A stretch of DNA of 62,079 nucleotides from Guillardia theta CCMP2712 (Eukaryota > Protista > Cryptophyta). Each line of letters begins with the position of its first letter. Position 1 is the stretch's first letter. Below are positions 1-16,415 of this stretch, one piece after another. Made by a program: the position numbers and the translations under genes. The stretch is taken from NCBI RefSeq assembly GCF_000315625.1, contig NW_005434516.1, positions 23,918 through 85,996 of the forward strand, in the 5' to 3' direction. The notes beneath the pieces were generated by a model that had not been told where the DNA came from, searched no databases, and worked only from the letters and a program-made list of their open reading frames with translations.

Positions 1-195
1 GATGTGAGATGATCGCAGCTACGACACTTCCAGCTCGAGCGGCTGTCATGAGCAAGATCAGGTCCTACTCTGCCGCAGAGCACGGCGAATTCTTTCTTCG
101 ATTCCAGCTTCACGTCCCAGCTCCCCCGTGAGCTCGCAGGGAAGACGGAGTTCACTCTTCTCCCGTTAGAGCAGAGAGCAGAGCATCCATGCCGC
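1..195 (-). CDS. Possible exon of a gene running off the window start (…SSWKCRSCDHLT, possible RanBP2-type zinc finger start)
   Basis: Open minus-strand frame after a pyrimidine-rich ...ccgtccag acceptor; W-x-C-x2-C motif at the window edge. Confidence 0.3.
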
Positions 196-517
196 TGGAC
201 GGAGAGGAGGACGAGGGAAGGAGAGAAGGAAGGAGGGAGGGAGGGAAGGAGGGAGGGAGGGAGGGAGGGAGGGAGTGGAGGATGGATGGATGGATGGAGG
301 GAGGGAGTGGAGGATGGAAGGAGGGAGTAGAGGGGGCTGCAGGCAGAGGGAACGAAATATGAATTTAGTTGATTTGGTCGTTTGTCGCAGATTCCAGGAG
401 AAACCCCTTGCTTGCAGACAGTGCAAATGAAGGAGATGTTGAGCAATGAATTGTAATGCGGTTCTCGTTGTGATTGGTTGTGCCCTTCCCTCCCCTCACG
501 TTCCTCTCTCTCGCCCT

Positions 518-840
518 CACAACGCTAGTAGTGTACACGTATTGCTCTCATTCTCATCCTCATAACGCTAGTAGTATACACGTATTGCTCTCATTCTCAT
601 CCTCATAACGCTAGTAGTATACACGTATTACTCTCATTCTCATCCTCATAACGCTAGTAGTGTACACGTATTGCTCTCATTCTCATCCTCATAACGCTAG
701 TAGTATACACGTATTGCTCTCATTCTCATCCTCATAACGCTAGTAGTATACACGTATTGCTCTCATTCTCATCCTCATAACGCTAGTAGTATACACGTAT
801 TGCTCTCATTCTCATCCTCATAACGCTAGTAGTATACACG
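518..840. repeat. 43-bp minisatellite, about 7.5 copies (CATAACGCTAGTAGTATACACGTATTGCTCTCATTCTCATCCT)
   Basis: Unit restarts at about 518, 561, 604, 647, 690, 733, 776 and 819 with only 1-2 substitutions and no spacers. Confidence 0.95.
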
Positions 841-844
841 CGTA

Positions 845-1933
845 TTGATAGTTACACGTCATGCCATCAGTTTCTTTTCTTTGCTCACTGACGTTCAAAA
901 AGCGGAGGATGTGTCTCCACCCTACCCCCTCTTTACTTACTCGATCATTATCAACGGGTGGGGTGGGAGCAATCGAAATGGCGGGAGAGATGACGAAGGT
1001 GATATGCATGGGAACGCGATAGAGAAAGACGAAGAAAGAGAAGAAGAAGATGAGCATGAACGTGCTTGTGCATGCGAACATGTGAAGCAAACCTTACCAT
1101 CTCATCCTCATGCAAAGTTTGCAAACTACCGTCGCCAGATTTATCGTGAACTCTTTGCTTGAGAACAAGGACGGTCGGGAGGTCAGAAGCATTGCGCGAT
1201 GGAGGCATGGGATCGGAGGAGGCAGTCTCGCCGATGACGTGCTCCTCGACATCATGGACGGGCTTATCTTCTACTTGCAGTTGCAGCACGTCGACCCCAA
1301 GGCGAGGAGCGGGCGCAGCATGGAAGACGAGAGCTTCTGGATGGAGGTTCTGCGAGTTTACCTGGAGCGAGGGTGGGTATCTGACAAGAACCTGGAGTTG
1401 CGATGGGAGAGCAGGAGGGAGAAGCTTAACCGATCGGTTGTATCCTCCTTCACCCGCCTTACTTCACTACACCTTCACGGCATCTCCGCCAACGACGAGG
1501 TAGTCCATGTTGCAAGCTCCCTGAAATTTCTCGCGCACCTTGAGCTAGTCTGCGATAAGGCAGTGCCGTCCGTCGGTACGTCGGGCACGATGTCGTGCAA
1601 GAGATGTTTACAGCTGACCCACGGAGAAGTGAGCTCGTCGTTTGTGTCGGACACAAGTTTGACATGTCTGTCTTCCACGACCTCGCTTACCCACCTCAGC
1701 CTCCGTAACACCTGCATCACCGACAGCTCTCTCCCTCTCCTCAAGCTCCTGCCTGCCATCCGGACTGTCGACCTGTCAGGCAGTCACGTCACGGACGAGG
1801 GTCTGCGGTGGCTGGGGAGCACGACCTTCTCTGCGTTCAAGAGCTCGCAGTTCACCAACCTGTCACTTTGTGAGACTCTAGCGACGCCTACTGGCATTGA
1901 CACATTAGGTGAAAGCTGATGTTTCGCTTCTCA

Positions 1934-1966
<33 letters not shown>

Positions 1967-2020
1967 CTGCTGCTGTTGCTGCTGCTGATGATGATGGAAA
2001 CTACGATGATGTTGATGGAA

Positions 2021-2052
<32 letters not shown>

Positions 2053-2791
2053 AATGGAGATCATGATAATGGAGATGATTATGATGATGGAGATGATGGA
2101 GATCTAGATGATGATGACGACGATGACGATGATGACGATGATGATGATGATGAAGATGATGATGATGACCCCGACGACGACGACGACGATACAGTGGAAT
2201 GTGGTCTTGGTGGCGGAGTAGGAGATGATGATCGTAGAAATAATTGCTCTCGAGCACCACTGGCGCGCTCCTTGTTTTTCTGATTTTTTTGTCTTGATCA
2301 TATTGCAATTTTTCTCATTTGAATTGTTAGATCGTATCCAAACTTTGCAAGTTGTAACATGGGGATCATGTTCCAACCCAAGAGAACGACGTTTTGAACG
2401 AGATATGGAAACACAACAAGATTCCAACAAGCAAGGAAGCACGCGAACATCAGAAGGCACAATCAAATGTTTCTTCACATCCAAGGTCATGAATGGTCGA
2501 CAGGTCTGACTGCAATGTTCTGTGCTGGCATGTTGATCGCTTGTGTAGGTGCTGTCATGCGCTATCGAGAATGAGACGATGGAGACCAAGAGAAAGTACA
2601 AACTGACATGTCTTCTTCGACATCTCGGCAGGTGTGAGGGGTTGCGAACAAAACGAGAGGGAGAAATGAGAGTCAAGTCTGCAAACACATTCCCACATCC
2701 AGAGACGAAGAGAGATGTTGGCCGGGTTTCAGACATGACGATGCTAAACAAGAAGAGAAAATTCCTCCATCATCCCCGATTTTGTTCTTGA
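845..2791 (+). CDS. RNI-like leucine-rich-repeat protein, multi-exon (main exon about 1117-1908); ends approximate
   Basis: LRR units LTSLHLHG, LTHLSLRNTCITDSSL, IRTVDLSGSHVTDEGL, FTNLSLCETLAT; donor near 1909 and further exons from about 2331 and 2549. Confidence 0.6.
1936..2190. repeat. (GCT)n/(GAT)n/(GAC)n microsatellite tract in an intron
   Basis: Seen directly. Confidence 0.9.
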
Positions 2792-2796
2792 GATCG

Positions 2797-3853
2797 TTAC
2801 ACATCATTACCAAGTAAAGATTCTAAGTCCGGGATAACGTTGAGTTTGGCGAAGATGTCTCCCTAGTGCCTCAGTCAGGAACGATGAGAATGGACGCTGA
2901 TCTTACCAAGTGAAACATGTCGTCCGAACTGTCTTTTGTTGCTACAACCTGCGAGCAGGTCAGGAGGAGGGAGAAGGGAGAGTGAGGCAGGAGGAGGAGG
3001 AGGTAGGAGGAGATAACACCAGCTGGTTATGGCACGCGGCAGATGCAGGGAGGAAGAGCAGCGGAAGAAAGGACAGGGAAGGAAAAGGAGGGACGTGAGG
3101 GGAGGGGAGGAGACGATTCAGCGCTTGATAGTGACCTGCTGCAAGAAGTTGCTCTGAGCTGCCTCTGCGATCTTGTAGTTGACCTCTCCCAGTCGCAAAG
3201 TGACCTGAACATGATCAGAAGAAGCAGAGAGGGAGGGAAAGTAACACATGCCAATGATAACAAGAAAACGAGAAGATAAAGAAAGAGAGCGAGGAGAGCG
3301 AGGGAAAACGTGGTGGAACAGTTCAAGATAGAAAGTTAACATGGATAGGGCAGGATAGAGTAATGGGATGGAGATAGAGAAACAGAAGGAGGGGAGAGGG
3401 GTCAGGAGTTGGGAGGGGCCAAGAAGGAGGAGGATGGGAGGACGATGAGGATGAGAAGGGCTGGGGAGGAAGGTAGAAAAGTATACTTTTCCTGATTGGT
3501 GGATGCGAATCTTGCCCATTCGTCCTGACGGCTGGTCTCGCAGAGGATTCTTGACACTGAGCAGAGATTACCGAACCAAATCCTTTGTAGTGTCGATGGT
3601 GGCGCTGGTTGTGATATGATGGTGATGGTGATGACGAAGGAGGAGGAGAAGAAGGAGAAGAAGAGGGAGAAGAAGAAGAAGAAGACGGAGAAGAAGAAGA
3701 AGAAGAAGAGAGAAGAAGAAGAAGAGAGAAGAAGAAGAAGAAGAAGAAGAAGAAGAAGAAGACGGAGAAGAAGAAAAAGGAGGAGGAGGAGGAGGAGGAG
3801 AAGAAGAAGAAGAAGAAGAAGAAGAAGAAGAAAAAGGAGGAGGAGAAGAAGAA

Positions 3854-3885
<32 letters not shown>

Positions 3886-6800
3886 AGAAAAGGATGAAGA
3901 GGAGGATAGGAGAATAGGGAGGGATACTGGCTGTTCTGGTTCTGGATGTGGTGGAGGAGAGGAGGACGCAGAGAATAGAAAAAAAAGTGAAAGAGAAAGT
4001 GACAGAGTGAAAAGAGGAAAGCGAACAACTTAGCGGTGGTCTTTGTGGTTTTACCTCGGTTTGCTCAGCCCATCACTGTCAATGTCATCTTGAAATTCAT
4101 GCTGATCCACTGAGCACAAAAAAAGTTCAAACATGGTGGAAATCGAAAGGAAAAAGCGCAAAGAAGGGCAACATAGTAAGAGCCAAAACAAAGAATAAAA
4201 AACAAATGGTCACACAAGCACTCAAAGCAGAACACAGGAGGAAACAGAAACATCTTTGCTGGAATTCATATCATGTATCCACATAAGAACACCCTCAACA
4301 CTATCAGCTTCGCATCCCCGTGCTCTAGCCCTCCTGTACCTTCCATCGAGTCCTTGACAAACGGAAAGGTATGCGGCAACTGCAGCAGCAGCAGCCTACC
4401 AGCCCCGTCAAGCTCCTCACAGCGGTCAGACGCCCCACCTATCCTCAGCTTTACTGCCGTCCTGACGAGTTGGGCTGAGAATCGAGCCCTGCAGGAATCC
4501 GAGGAGTCAGCTGGGCAGCAGGTGGCAGTCTAGAGACCGCGGCGAAGCAGTGGTGGTTCGGAGCGTCAACGTTGACAGCCTCCTTGGCAACAGCCCAGAT
4601 GTTGTGCGGCTGATCGTCGGCATCAAGCTGCTCCATCATGCTCTCCGAGTGCTGGGAGGAGGTCAGAATAGAGGAGGAGAGAGAAGAGGCAGGGGAAGAG
4701 GTCAAGGGAGAAATGGAGAGCAGAACAACAAAGGGGGAGAGAACAAGGGGCAGGAGGAGAAGAAAACAGAGGGGAAGCAGAAAGTGAGGAAAGAAGGGGA
4801 GGGGGGGGGGGGGGGGCGCGTCAACCCCCGGCGGCCTGGCCCGATCATAAAATAATGGGCCCGGCCCGCACTACCGCCGGTGGCCGGGCAGGGCTCTGAT
4901 CTCCGTCTTTACTGAAAAGCCTGGCCGGGTGTTGGGGTGTTGAGCCTGCTGCTTTGGGGATGCCAGAGCGTAGGAGCGCCGTCCTCCTCCCTCTCCTCCT
5001 CCTCCTCTCCTCCTCTGGTTATGCCTCACAGTTTGCAGCTGACTGCGAGGGTGTCAGACGAACAGGTGGGAGCCAGGAGGACGTCCTCGAATGCTTGAGG
5101 GCGAGAACCAGGGCAGCTGCCGAAAGATCCTTCCGCATGGCTTACCCTTGGGCTGCNNNNNNNNNNNNNNNNNNNNNNNNNNNNNNNNNNNNNNNNNNNN
5201 NNNNNNNNNNNNNNNNNNNNNNNNNNNNNNNNNNNNNNNNNNNNNNNNNNNNNNNNCAGAGTAGGAAAAAGGCAAGGATGATAGAATTTTACAGCAGAAA
5301 GAGCAAGCGGGTCTTCAAGAAATTTCCTTGACATCAACTGGTAGAAAGGTGTCATACAAGCATGCCAAACATCTCTCCTCCCTTTCTCTTGTTTCCTTGC
5401 CTCTCAGTCGTTTCCTCTCTCTCTCTCTCTCTCTCTCTCTATTTCCTCTACTCCTTTCTTTCATTGTCGTTTCTCATCTCTACCTGCTGGACGTGCTCCT
5501 TGGTCAGTCCGATCGATTCGTTGTCCCACTTGTCTCGCCGCAGAAGGATAGAGTACACTGACAAGATGACAAAGGATGTCAGCAGGTAGACGGACACCTG
5601 TACAACAAGAGGGAGGCATGGGCAAAGGGAAGGAAGCAAGACGTGGAAGATATAAGACTATCTTGATATGAGTTACTCACTTTCATCTCCAAGAATCTCC
5701 TTTGCTTTCTCGCTAGATATCGACTTGGTCTGTAAGCTTTCAACACGTGTCGGCAAAGAGCTGGCATCAACATCACCAGCTTCTTCAGCATAGTCACGTC
5801 CGACATGTCTTCATCGCTGACCTTTTCACCAACATCACACGAGACAAGACAAGACAAACACAAGCCACTTTGATCTCTCTCGGATCCCAGGGCCTGCGGG
5901 GAGTGAAGGGAAGCGTTGTTGGCATGTGAGTTTCGTTGATCTCCTGGCCGTCAACATCTACAATCTCGTCAGAATCTCATGTCACAGGTTGTCATACATC
6001 GTGGCTGACAGTCATCGCACGTATCATAGGACTCGAACATTTCAGACTCACCCGCATCGACATCTGGACCCCAAGAGCCCTCCTGTAACATATTGGCATC
6101 ACTACCAACAGCAAGTTCCTTGTGAACCATCACGAGACCTGGTTCGCTGACTTCGAAGACAATTTCTGTCAAGGACATTTAACACAATTCCCACAATGCT
6201 GCCGGTAAGAACCTTTGACGCCGAGGAGTTGTTAGAGTAGGATATTCGCGTTCCTGTACGCAATCGTCAGTGGAAAATTTTCATCTCTCCTGGTGGTGGT
6301 GGTGGTGGTGCTCCTCCTCCTCCTCCTGCCCCCCCCCCCCCCCCCCAACGGAAAAATCCCCCCCTCTTATGAACGCGCTGGTGCGCTAGCGCTCTGGGTT
6401 GGTGCCCACGTTCCCTCACATGAATCAGCTGTGAGGGACCTGCTGGCTGACCCTGCAGGGCAACACGTTTCAACCTGCTCACCTCCCGTCATATAGTCTC
6501 ACCCTCCCTCTCCCTCTTCCCCTGCATGATCGTTAGCTCAGAGGACGTCGGAGGCATGCTCAAACCTGTTCGCTGCATCTCCTCGCTTCCCCCTTCCCCT
6601 TCCCCTCCCCTCCCCCATCCCCCCTTGTCCGTCTGCGCATCTCTGCTCTGCTTAGCAGCAGCCGGCGTATCCTGCGGCTCAGTCTTGATCACAGGCTGTA
6701 CTGGCAGTCAGACACGCCCGATGGCAGGGGTGAGGCAGGTACCGCGCGGACGGGGATCTTGGGAGCAAACTTGGGTTTCCTGCTAGGAGCAGATCCCTGA

Positions 6801-6985
6801 GGAGAGATGTCAGAGACAGGTGGATGTTGATCCGGAGGAGGAGGCACACCGAAACGTCCAAGTCTGGGGTTCCCCTGACGCTTGTCAGCCTATGGGAAGG
6901 AGAGAGTCAGCGGACGCAATGGTTCGGTTCCTGGTTACCTCCGGACCGACTCTGCTGGCTTGCTCCCTGAGTCCTGTGACGCCAT
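2797..6985 (-). CDS. RPC4: DNA-directed RNA polymerase III subunit RPC4 (Rpc53/POLR3D), multi-exon
   Basis: Spliced peptides MASQDSG…RLTSVRGTPDL, KPKFAPKIPVR, MPTTLPF, LLLLQLPHTFP, PSGRMGKIRIHQSGK|VTLRLGEVNYKIAEAAQSNFLQQ|VV…MFHL|GDIFAKLNVIPDLESLL* follow the RPC4 motif order; stop at 2797-2799. Confidence 0.85.
3638..3900. repeat. (GAA)n/(GGA)n/(GATGAC)n purine tract, intronic in RPC4
   Basis: Seen directly. Confidence 0.9.
4819..5156 (+). repeat. Inverted near-identical copy of 11040-11376 (promoter and 5' end of the TPR gene), abutting an assembly gap
   Basis: Reverse-complement match encoding MPERRSAVLLPLLLLLSSSGYASQFAADCEG…; follows a poly-G run and ends at the N gap. Confidence 0.9.
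5157..5256. other. Assembly gap (100 N)
   Basis: N run. Confidence 1.
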
Positions 6986-7366
6986 GCCTGCGAGAGGAGC
7001 AGATCATGTCAGTGCAAGAGGATCGGGGTCCAGACAAGGTTCTCCTCCTTGCTGCGAGGATGTGTGGACTGGAGGGGGTTGTCCTGCCTTGAGGACCCTG
7101 GAAGCGATCAATGGCTAGTCTGCCCCCTGCTCTCCCTCTCCTTCGTCTCGTCATCATTATGCTCTCGCTCGCTGCTCCATCGTTCCCTTTCATACATCCC
7201 ATACATCCCAACATCGCATGCCCGCATGCCGTCGACCCTCTCCCTCCCGCCACCTTCTGCCCCCACAGCACGCATGCATTTTCTGTTTCCTTTTACTCAT
7301 CTATCTCAGCAGGGCCTCGACTCGTTATGCGACCGTTACAACGAAACCAGCGGCGGGTTGAGGGCG

Positions 7367-8190
7367 ATGGAGCGGGGGCGAGGGAACATGCTGGGCGGGG
7401 GACAGCGAGCGAGCAAGGAGGAGACGCTGGAAGATATCAGGATATTTCAGGAGTGGCTGAAAGAAAGTCACCAGACCGTAACATGGAGCAGGAGGATCCA
7501 CCTAGGTATCCCTCCTCCCCTCCTCCTCATCGTCCTCCTCGTCCTCCTCGTCGTCCTCATCCTCCTCGTCCTTCCCCTTCTCCTCATCATCCTTCTCCCT
7601 TCCCTCCTCAGCCTTCTCCTCCTTCTCCTCGTCCTCTCCCTCCTTCTCCTCCTCCTCATAATCATCTGATTGCTCTCACTAGTGCTTTTATGTGAAGCAT
7701 GTCAGTGTTTCGTGCCATAATCACGGACATATGCTTCCCAGCCCTTATGTTGCATTCAAATCATTCAGCATGATCCTATTTTCCGATGTTTGCGATATTG
7801 CCAAGGGTGCTGATGATAACCGACGGGGCTGACTGACCTGCTTCAGGCATATTCGCCCTCCTTCTTCTTACCCTCCTCTACTGCTCAAGGTCCACATTGA
7901 ACTTCCTTTTCTCGTCAGATCGATCGGTTCCCCCACCCTCCCCTTCTCTGTACAAAGCATAACTCTTGCTCTGGCAGCAGCAGCGCTCGATGATGCAGTG
8001 GCTGGAGAAGGCCTGCCCAACTCTCCTCCTCTCCTCTGCCATTCTGGTCTTCTTCATCAGTGGCGCTTATCACGTGCGCATCAGGCACGCAGGCCAACGC
8101 GTTGAGAACATGAACGCGATTCTGTGCCAGCTCGGAGTCGTTTTCTGCTCTGAGACAGGCAGATTGAGGATGTTGGCTTCTCGAAGTTAG
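7367..8190 (+). CDS. CNEP1R1: Nuclear envelope phosphatase regulatory subunit (CNEP1R1/TMEM188/Spo7-like), multi-exon
   Basis: EDIRIFQEWLKE resembles EDLKAFERRLTE; two hydrophobic segments; FFISGAYHVRIRHAGQRVENMNAILCQLGVVFCSETGRL resembles [37 protein letters not shown] (recalled sequence). Confidence 0.7.
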
Positions 8191-8221
8191 CTAGTCTCGT
8201 TCTTTATTCTTCACATGTACA

Positions 8222-11235
<3,014 letters not shown>

Positions 11236-11279
11236 CCCCAAAGCAGCAGGCTCAACACCCCAACACCCGGCCAGGCTTT

Positions 11280-11545
11280 TCAGTAAAGACGGAGATCAGA
11301 GCCCTGCCCGGCCACCGGCGGTAGTGCGGGCCGGGCCCATTATTTTATGATCGGGCCAGGCCGCCGGGGGTTGACGGGTGCCTGTGGAGCGAGTCGGCGA
11401 GGGCTCCCGACGTGGCCGTGACTGAGATTAACGGGACCGTGACGTGGGGGGCCGCACAACGTGTCTATGGAAGATCCTCGTACTGATTCTTAACTTAATC
11501 TTCAGTAAAAGTCTATGAAGTCAGTGTCCTTTTGTTTTTACTGAA
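11280..11545. promoter_or_regulatory. GC-rich divergent promoter island with TTTACTGAA/TTAAGTT motifs
   Basis: Between the TPR gene start (-) and a + gene; motifs at about 11279, 11490-11509 and 11537. Confidence 0.5.
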
Positions 11546-11666
11546 CATTGCTTGCAAATCGCAGCGCCTCGGAAATATTTCGGGTACGGGTACTTTTATC
11601 TGTTTTTGAAGGGAGAAGTTGAGGGGTCGGGTGGAAAGACTAGCCAAGACCAGGCGACGCAGGTCA

Positions 11667-12242
11667 TGGACATGCGCGCCTGGATAAATCTGGAAGAATG
11701 GAAAAGAAGTCTTTTCGTATCTCTGGAAACTCGTACGGTCCCGATTTCCGCACGAGAAAAAGACAAATCGCGCTGCACAGGCAGGCGAGGCAAGAGAAAC
11801 AGGCGCTTTCCACGCACTCTACGACAAACCAAACAGCAATAAACTCGCGTTGTCTAGCAGGGACAATCTCAAAAGAAAGAAGCCCACTTCAAGTCAGAGC
11901 AAACAGTGCATGGGTTGCGAGAACAACAAACCCGACGAGCTGGCTGGCTCCCTTAGGCAAGATCTCTTCTTCCATGGCAGAGACGTCCCTTCCTCCTGGA
12001 GCCCTCATCCACCCAAGACTGTGCAGGCTGTCATCACGGTCAAAGGCAGCCTCAAGCTCAAGAACGCCAAGGAGGGGCAGAGGAGAGCGGTGCTCGTTGA
12101 AGGAGGGGGAGGACTGCTGCTGGGAAACATCGTGGAGGCGGCGAGGAAGGCGAGGGTGGCAGGGCGGAGCTTTGAGTCGAGCGGATGGCTTGCGGATCAT
12201 GTGGAAAAGGTTCTATCGGACAAGGGAGGAGAGCAGAAGTAG
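11667..12242 (+). CDS. Hypothetical protein, cassette-family copy 1 (…PDELAGSLRQDLFFHGRDVPSSWSP…GNIVEAARKARVAG)
   Basis: GC3-rich frame; differences from copy 2 are mostly synonymous in this frame. Confidence 0.5.
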
Positions 12243-13137
12243 AAGGGAGGAGAGCAATAGACGTCGGATTCATCAAACTGGGATGAAGCACCAAGTTGGC
12301 ACAGTCGACTTTCAGTAAGGTTTGGGGGAGGATAAGGCAAACGATTTTCTAGAAAGGGCTACCGTTTGGTAGAAAGCACGGATTCAGTGCGTGTAACATT
12401 AGACCTGTTTGTTTTCATATACGAGACCCCGAGGCGATCGGTTAAAAAATACTGAGTGGAACTGCATCTCCTATATATGGTCTCATACCGTCCTATGTAT
12501 CCTTTGCAGCACTACCCTGAAATGCACGCACAACGGGTGAAGAAGATCACTCTGGGATTGTTCACAGTGTCCCGGGCTCGCTGTCCCAGGTTTTTTTGAA
12601 ATCACCAACTTGGTATGAACCCTTCTATTCTGCATTCATCGCAGCTTGGAGTATCACTATATTGCCTTTGAAATGAGATCTGACATAACTTCCGATGGTC
12701 CATGTTAACACTTGTATTCGCCAATCGCTCGCACATGCTGGCGTCATTTCACCTTTGATGACAACATAACGTTTCCGCACATCGAACATCGTCTCTAGTA
12801 GACCGGAGGATCCGATGACAAAGTGCCTGTCAGATTTGTCTTCCGTTCTGTAGTAAATTATTCCTGTAAGGTTCCTGCAACATGCCGAACTCTATCCCAC
12901 AGCGAGTCGAATCTCAAACCCCAACGTTTCATATCCGGAGAATAATATCTCCTTTCCGCTGTTTGCCTGCCATCACTTTTTGTTCCCCGTATCCCCCTTC
13001 CCCAACTCGTTTCCTCTTCCCAAGTCCTCTTCCTCGCACTCTCGATCACGTCAAGGGATCCGACTCTCTGTTTCGCCAGCAGAGCAGGTGCGGGTGCAGG
13101 ACCGAGACTAGACCTGGAAGATTCATCATGTTGTGAG

Positions 13138-14145
13138 ATGGACGTAGTCCACGGAAAGAACGACGCTCCCATGCACTCCCTCAGGCAAGATCTCTTCTTC
13201 CATGGCAGAGACGTCCCTTCCTCCTGGAGCCCTCATCCACCCAAGACTGTGCAGGCTGTCATCACGGTCAAAGGCAGCCTCAAGCTCAAGAACGCCAAGG
13301 AGGGGCAGAGGAGAGCGGTGCTCGTTGAAGGAGGGGGAGGACTGCTGCTGGGAAACATCGTGGAGGCCGCGAGGAAGGCGAGGGTAGCAGGGCGGAGCTT
13401 TGAGGCGAGCGGATGGCTTGCGGATCATGTGGAGGAGGTACTACCGGCTGATTGAAATATGTGGTGATGCCTGCATGTTTGAGCTAGGGAGACGTAGACA
13501 AAAGTTCAAGTACAAAGTTGATGCCGATTTATCATAAAAGATCGACTATTGTGCTATCAGAGCTCATGTATCTGAGATGAAGACATGTACAAGCAACACA
13601 GCCATGTTCCTCGGTTTTCACTGATGGCAGTGCCAGGCAACACAAGCTTATGTTAGTCAGCAGGGACACTGACAACATGACCTGAGCTCACTTCCATCCC
13701 CGGGGACTTAGGGATGGGGACAAGTGCCATGGTATGAGGTGTTCGCATACAACGGCCCATGGTGTAACAGCTCAAGTGTTGATTCACACAGGAAGTGGAG
13801 CAGGTAGCTTTTCATGACAGTCCTCAAACTGGCTGGTCTCAACCTGTTCCCCACAACGTCATCACTCCGTACGCGGATAGAAAACAGATTCAAATGCTTG
13901 TTGAGCTGATAAGTTGCCTGTCATGCAGATACCTGCTGCTATCGTATAGAGACATCGCTCAAAAGCCAGACGTTTGCGATGTGATAATGCGTTTGCAGAT
14001 GAATGAGATTCTCGTCGAAGGTGGATGTCTGAATTGCAACACAAAACGATTTTCCGCCCCCCTCTCTTCAAGACGAGCTCCTCCTCCCATTGTTGATATC
14101 TTCGTATCTGTAAAGATGGAGCAAAACGAAACAACCAAAGGCTGA
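13138..14145 (+). CDS. Hypothetical protein, cassette-family copy 2, probably continuing through several small exons to about 14145
   Basis: Same 176-bp cassette at 13192-13367; possible donor near 13438 followed by short GT-AG introns. Confidence 0.45.
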
Positions 14146-15543
14146 CTTACAATCCCCGGCAACTCCCCCTCTCTCTTCCTCACGAACAAACGTGCTCACT
14201 GCTCAAGGATCTCAAAAGCGTATTATGCCTAGTTTCGATGCATCGTGCCAAGTGCCGATACATGCAAACCTTCATTCCATTTTCAGATCCAACAAAGGAA
14301 AAGGGAGAAAAGATAGAGAGAACGGGTACAAAATTTGTCAGTACAATTTTGTAAATTTGGTCAACGAAAAGCAGACCAGTTTAAATCTACATGACAAGGA
14401 TACTGAATGTAATTCAACAGGAACGAACGTGGCTTGAAGAACACATTGGAGATAGAGAGCTGACCCTCCTGTATGCTTGATTCTAACACAAGGCTCAGTC
14501 TCGGGCAACATGACAGGGGAAATTTCGATCTCAAAAACCTGATCCTCGTTCTCCACTCCTTTCCTCTTCTCCCGTTCCTTGATGAGGCAGGGAGGGCATA
14601 TGACCGGCCACGCAGCTAGCGATGTAGGCCAAGTACAAGTAACTTGCCCTCTAGCTTCTCTCTCACACCCATTCCTCCTCCCTTCCGCCCGCACCCTCCT
14701 GCCTTGTGCCTCCTCCATCATCTTTCTTCGCTCTCCTCTTCTCCTATCGCTCCTGTTATGTTCTTATCCTTTTCCTTTTCTTGTCGTCTCGCCTCTACTT
14801 CTATCCTCCTCCCCCCGCCTACCCTAAGCACTCTCCTGGCGCAGAAATCGGCAAAGAATCAGGCAGGAGGGCAGGAGAAACACAAGGGCGAGCAGCTCAA
14901 GGTGTCTAAGGAGGAAAACAAGGAGCAGAAGACTGAGGTAGGGCAGAAATACTAGGAGCAAAAGTTGACGAGGAAGTGTACTGATCATCCTCCTCCTCCT
15001 TCCTTTCTTTCCACTCCTTCCTTGTTATCCCGCTCCACCTCTCACTCTTGAATGTACCTGAAGTGTAGGGCGACAGATTGTTTAGACATGTCATAAACCC
15101 TAAACCCTTTCGTTCCCCTGCCTATATCCTCTCCTAATCTGTTGTGATGATGGGGCAGCTTGTTAACTTGTAAGTGTTGTTCGCTCAGCTCTAAAACAAT
15201 AGTAGATTTGTAAGAGCAAAGCAGCGGGAAAAGAGAGGAGGGACACAAGAGGAGAGACGGGGAAGAGGAGGAGGGAGGGTGGAAGGGTGAGAGGCTTTTT
15301 GGCCCAAATAGTGAGCTTTCTAGCTGGTGCTATAGAAAGAGCTAAAGGGGTAAGAGGATTGGACGCTCCCTTTCGCCACCGGTCCAACATTCTGCTTCTC
15401 CATGAGTTCAAACTTGGCGATCAGCGAGTATTGTATAGAAGCAGGAAAAGTGAGAAGGTGAATGGGGAAGAGGAATCAAGAGTTGTTGAGGAGGAGAGAA
15501 GCCAGACAAGTAGTGGACGACGACAGAGGAGGAGGAAGATGAG

Positions 15544-15783
15544 ATGGGAGAAGAAGCGGAAGAGAACAAGGATGAGGCCGATAGCACGAGAGAACTCGAT
15601 AATTGCAGTGAAAGACCGGATGACCTTCAAGGTAGCGATGCTGCTGCGATCGTGGCACCTTTCTGCCCAAGGTATTATTCTGCCGGTCCTCTCATCTCTC
15701 CTCCCTCCCCACTCTCGCTTCCTCCCAGGCCTACAGAAGGCGCTTGCGATCCGACACAAGGGTCGATGATATCTAAGAAGTGA
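15544..15783 (+). CDS. Divergent member of the same family lacking the cassette (RPDDLQGS motif)
   Basis: ERPDDLQGS aligns with NKPDELAGS and NRADDLSGS; shares the downstream TGTATTGCGAGRAATCTTCACTAGTTCATTT with copy 3. Confidence 0.35.
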   Translation: MGEEAEENKDEADSTRELDNCSERPDDLQGSDAAAIVAPFCPRYYSAGPLISPPSPLSLPPRPTEGACDPTQGSMISKK

Positions 15784-16415
15784 CAACAGCAATGACTCAG
15801 AAACTTCAAGTCAAAGAATTGCAGTTGCAAATGTATTGCGAGGAATCTTCACTAGTTCATTTCTGTCATCTACGTTGTTCCCGTATTCGCCTTGCCCATC
15901 TTGTGTTGTTCTTCCAACTTTCTCTTCGAATCTGTCTTACCCGGTTGACACATCAACCAACAGAATCAGAGCCTCGTGTCAGATGTTTTCTACACTTCAT
16001 TCAGGCGCAACAAGCACAGAAGCAGTGATAGATGTGATGGGCATCTAGTATCATCTGATGTTGATGTTCGGATTACAACATCTCACGATTTTCGACTTCA
16101 CTTTCTTTCATGAAGAGCTTGCAGGAGATTTCGATCTCAAAGGTACGCAAGGTGACTATAAAAGGTCCCTGCAGGAAATGTACCACCTGACATGGGATCT
16201 TCTCCGAAACCACCGGTAGTTTGATATAGTAGACCTGGGGTAGAAGGCTGGTGGGGGTAGTAGTGAGCCTTCAACGAATCAATGATGACCCACGTAGACG
16301 ATGACACGGCAAGAGAACAACTTGTGCGATCTCTCTGCCCTTCTCACTTCATCTCCCTCCACCTTCCTTCTCACTCCCCCTTCCGCTGAGCTCTGCTCGC
16401 TGACCGAAGACAAGG

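Noticed and set aside
518-840. CRISPR-like array
   Set aside because: Units are contiguous with no unique spacers, there are no cas genes, and the context is eukaryotic
3043-3279. Plus-strand ORF as the last exon of the LRR gene
   Set aside because: It is the antisense shadow of a conserved RPC4 exon
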